Below, piece after piece: positions 63,627-64,000 of a stretch of 64,000 nt of DNA. Position 1 is the first letter of the stretch, and every line of letters starts with the position of its first letter. The notes below the pieces were generated by a model that saw nothing but the letters and a program-made list of their open reading frames with translations, did no database searches and was not told the DNA's origin. This DNA is from Podarcis cretensis. Lineage: Eukaryota. Where the stretch lies: the NCBI GenBank assembly GCA_951804945.1, contig OX638161.1, positions 29,450,001 to 29,514,000 on the forward strand, written 5' to 3'. Made by a program: the position numbers and the translations under genes.

Positions 63627-64000
63627 AGCGCACAACCCCAGAGTCATCCGTGACTGGACCTAATGGTTAGGGGTACCTTTACCTTTAGTGAGTTTGAGAT
63701 TAGACTAAATGGGGTTTTGGGATTCCCTCCAATTCTGTGGCAATATAGCTATAAAATGGGATTCTGTAGAAAAAGAGACTGCTAAAAAGGTCAAACAAGT
63801 TTCTTTATTAAGGAAATAACTTAGGTCTGTTAAGCATCTTTGTTACATAACCTAGAACAATGTGTTGTGACAAACTAATAAGTAGAGATACTTCCGAACA
63901 GTTTACATAGGACTTCCGGTGAACTATGTCCTAACCTCTCTCCCAGTTTCATATATGGGCCAAAGGCACTTGGGAAAAGGTTAAAATAACTGAAAGAACA

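Noticed and set aside
52900-64000. Neighbouring genes such as SPPL2C or CRHR1 upstream of MAPT
   Set aside because: No recognisable coding exon; the ORFs are short and derive from repeats or random sequence.

Overview
Vertebrate genomic DNA. The repeat content (BovB, Sauria-type SINEs, tRNA-derived SINEs, Penelope-like fragments) indicates a squamate, probably a lacertid lizard (inference). The window holds the 5' two-thirds of MAPT (tau) on the minus strand. Coding exons 1, 2, 3, 4, 4A, 5, 6, 7, 8 and 9 were delimited by AG/GT sites with mutually consistent phases. Exons 2, 3, 5, 6, 7, 8 and 9 match the human sizes (87, 87, 56, 198, 127, 54, 266 nt). Exons 10-13 lie left of the window. A CpG-rich island at ~52.0-52.9 kb is the likely promoter and non-coding exon 0. 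Introns and upstream flank contain L1/Tx1-type LINE fragments, BovB, L2, SINEs, Tc1/mariner and hAT MITEs, and microsatellites. Most other ORFs in the track are spurious. The main observations are: (1) two in-frame exon-1 donors, giving a +/-43 aa N-terminal insert with a GDRK motif; (2) a stop-free frame through the exon-1 leader, so an exon 4->1 back-spliced circle, bracketed by inverted MITEs, would be an endless ORF; (3) a stop-riddled in-frame 5' extension of exon 4A; (4) His at tau position 5, matching the human R5H variant; (5) a candidate poison micro-exon; (6) decayed Penelope-type hammerhead ribozymes. No wholly new system is demonstrated; these are testable hypotheses. Comparisons with human and chicken sequences are from memory, not from alignments.
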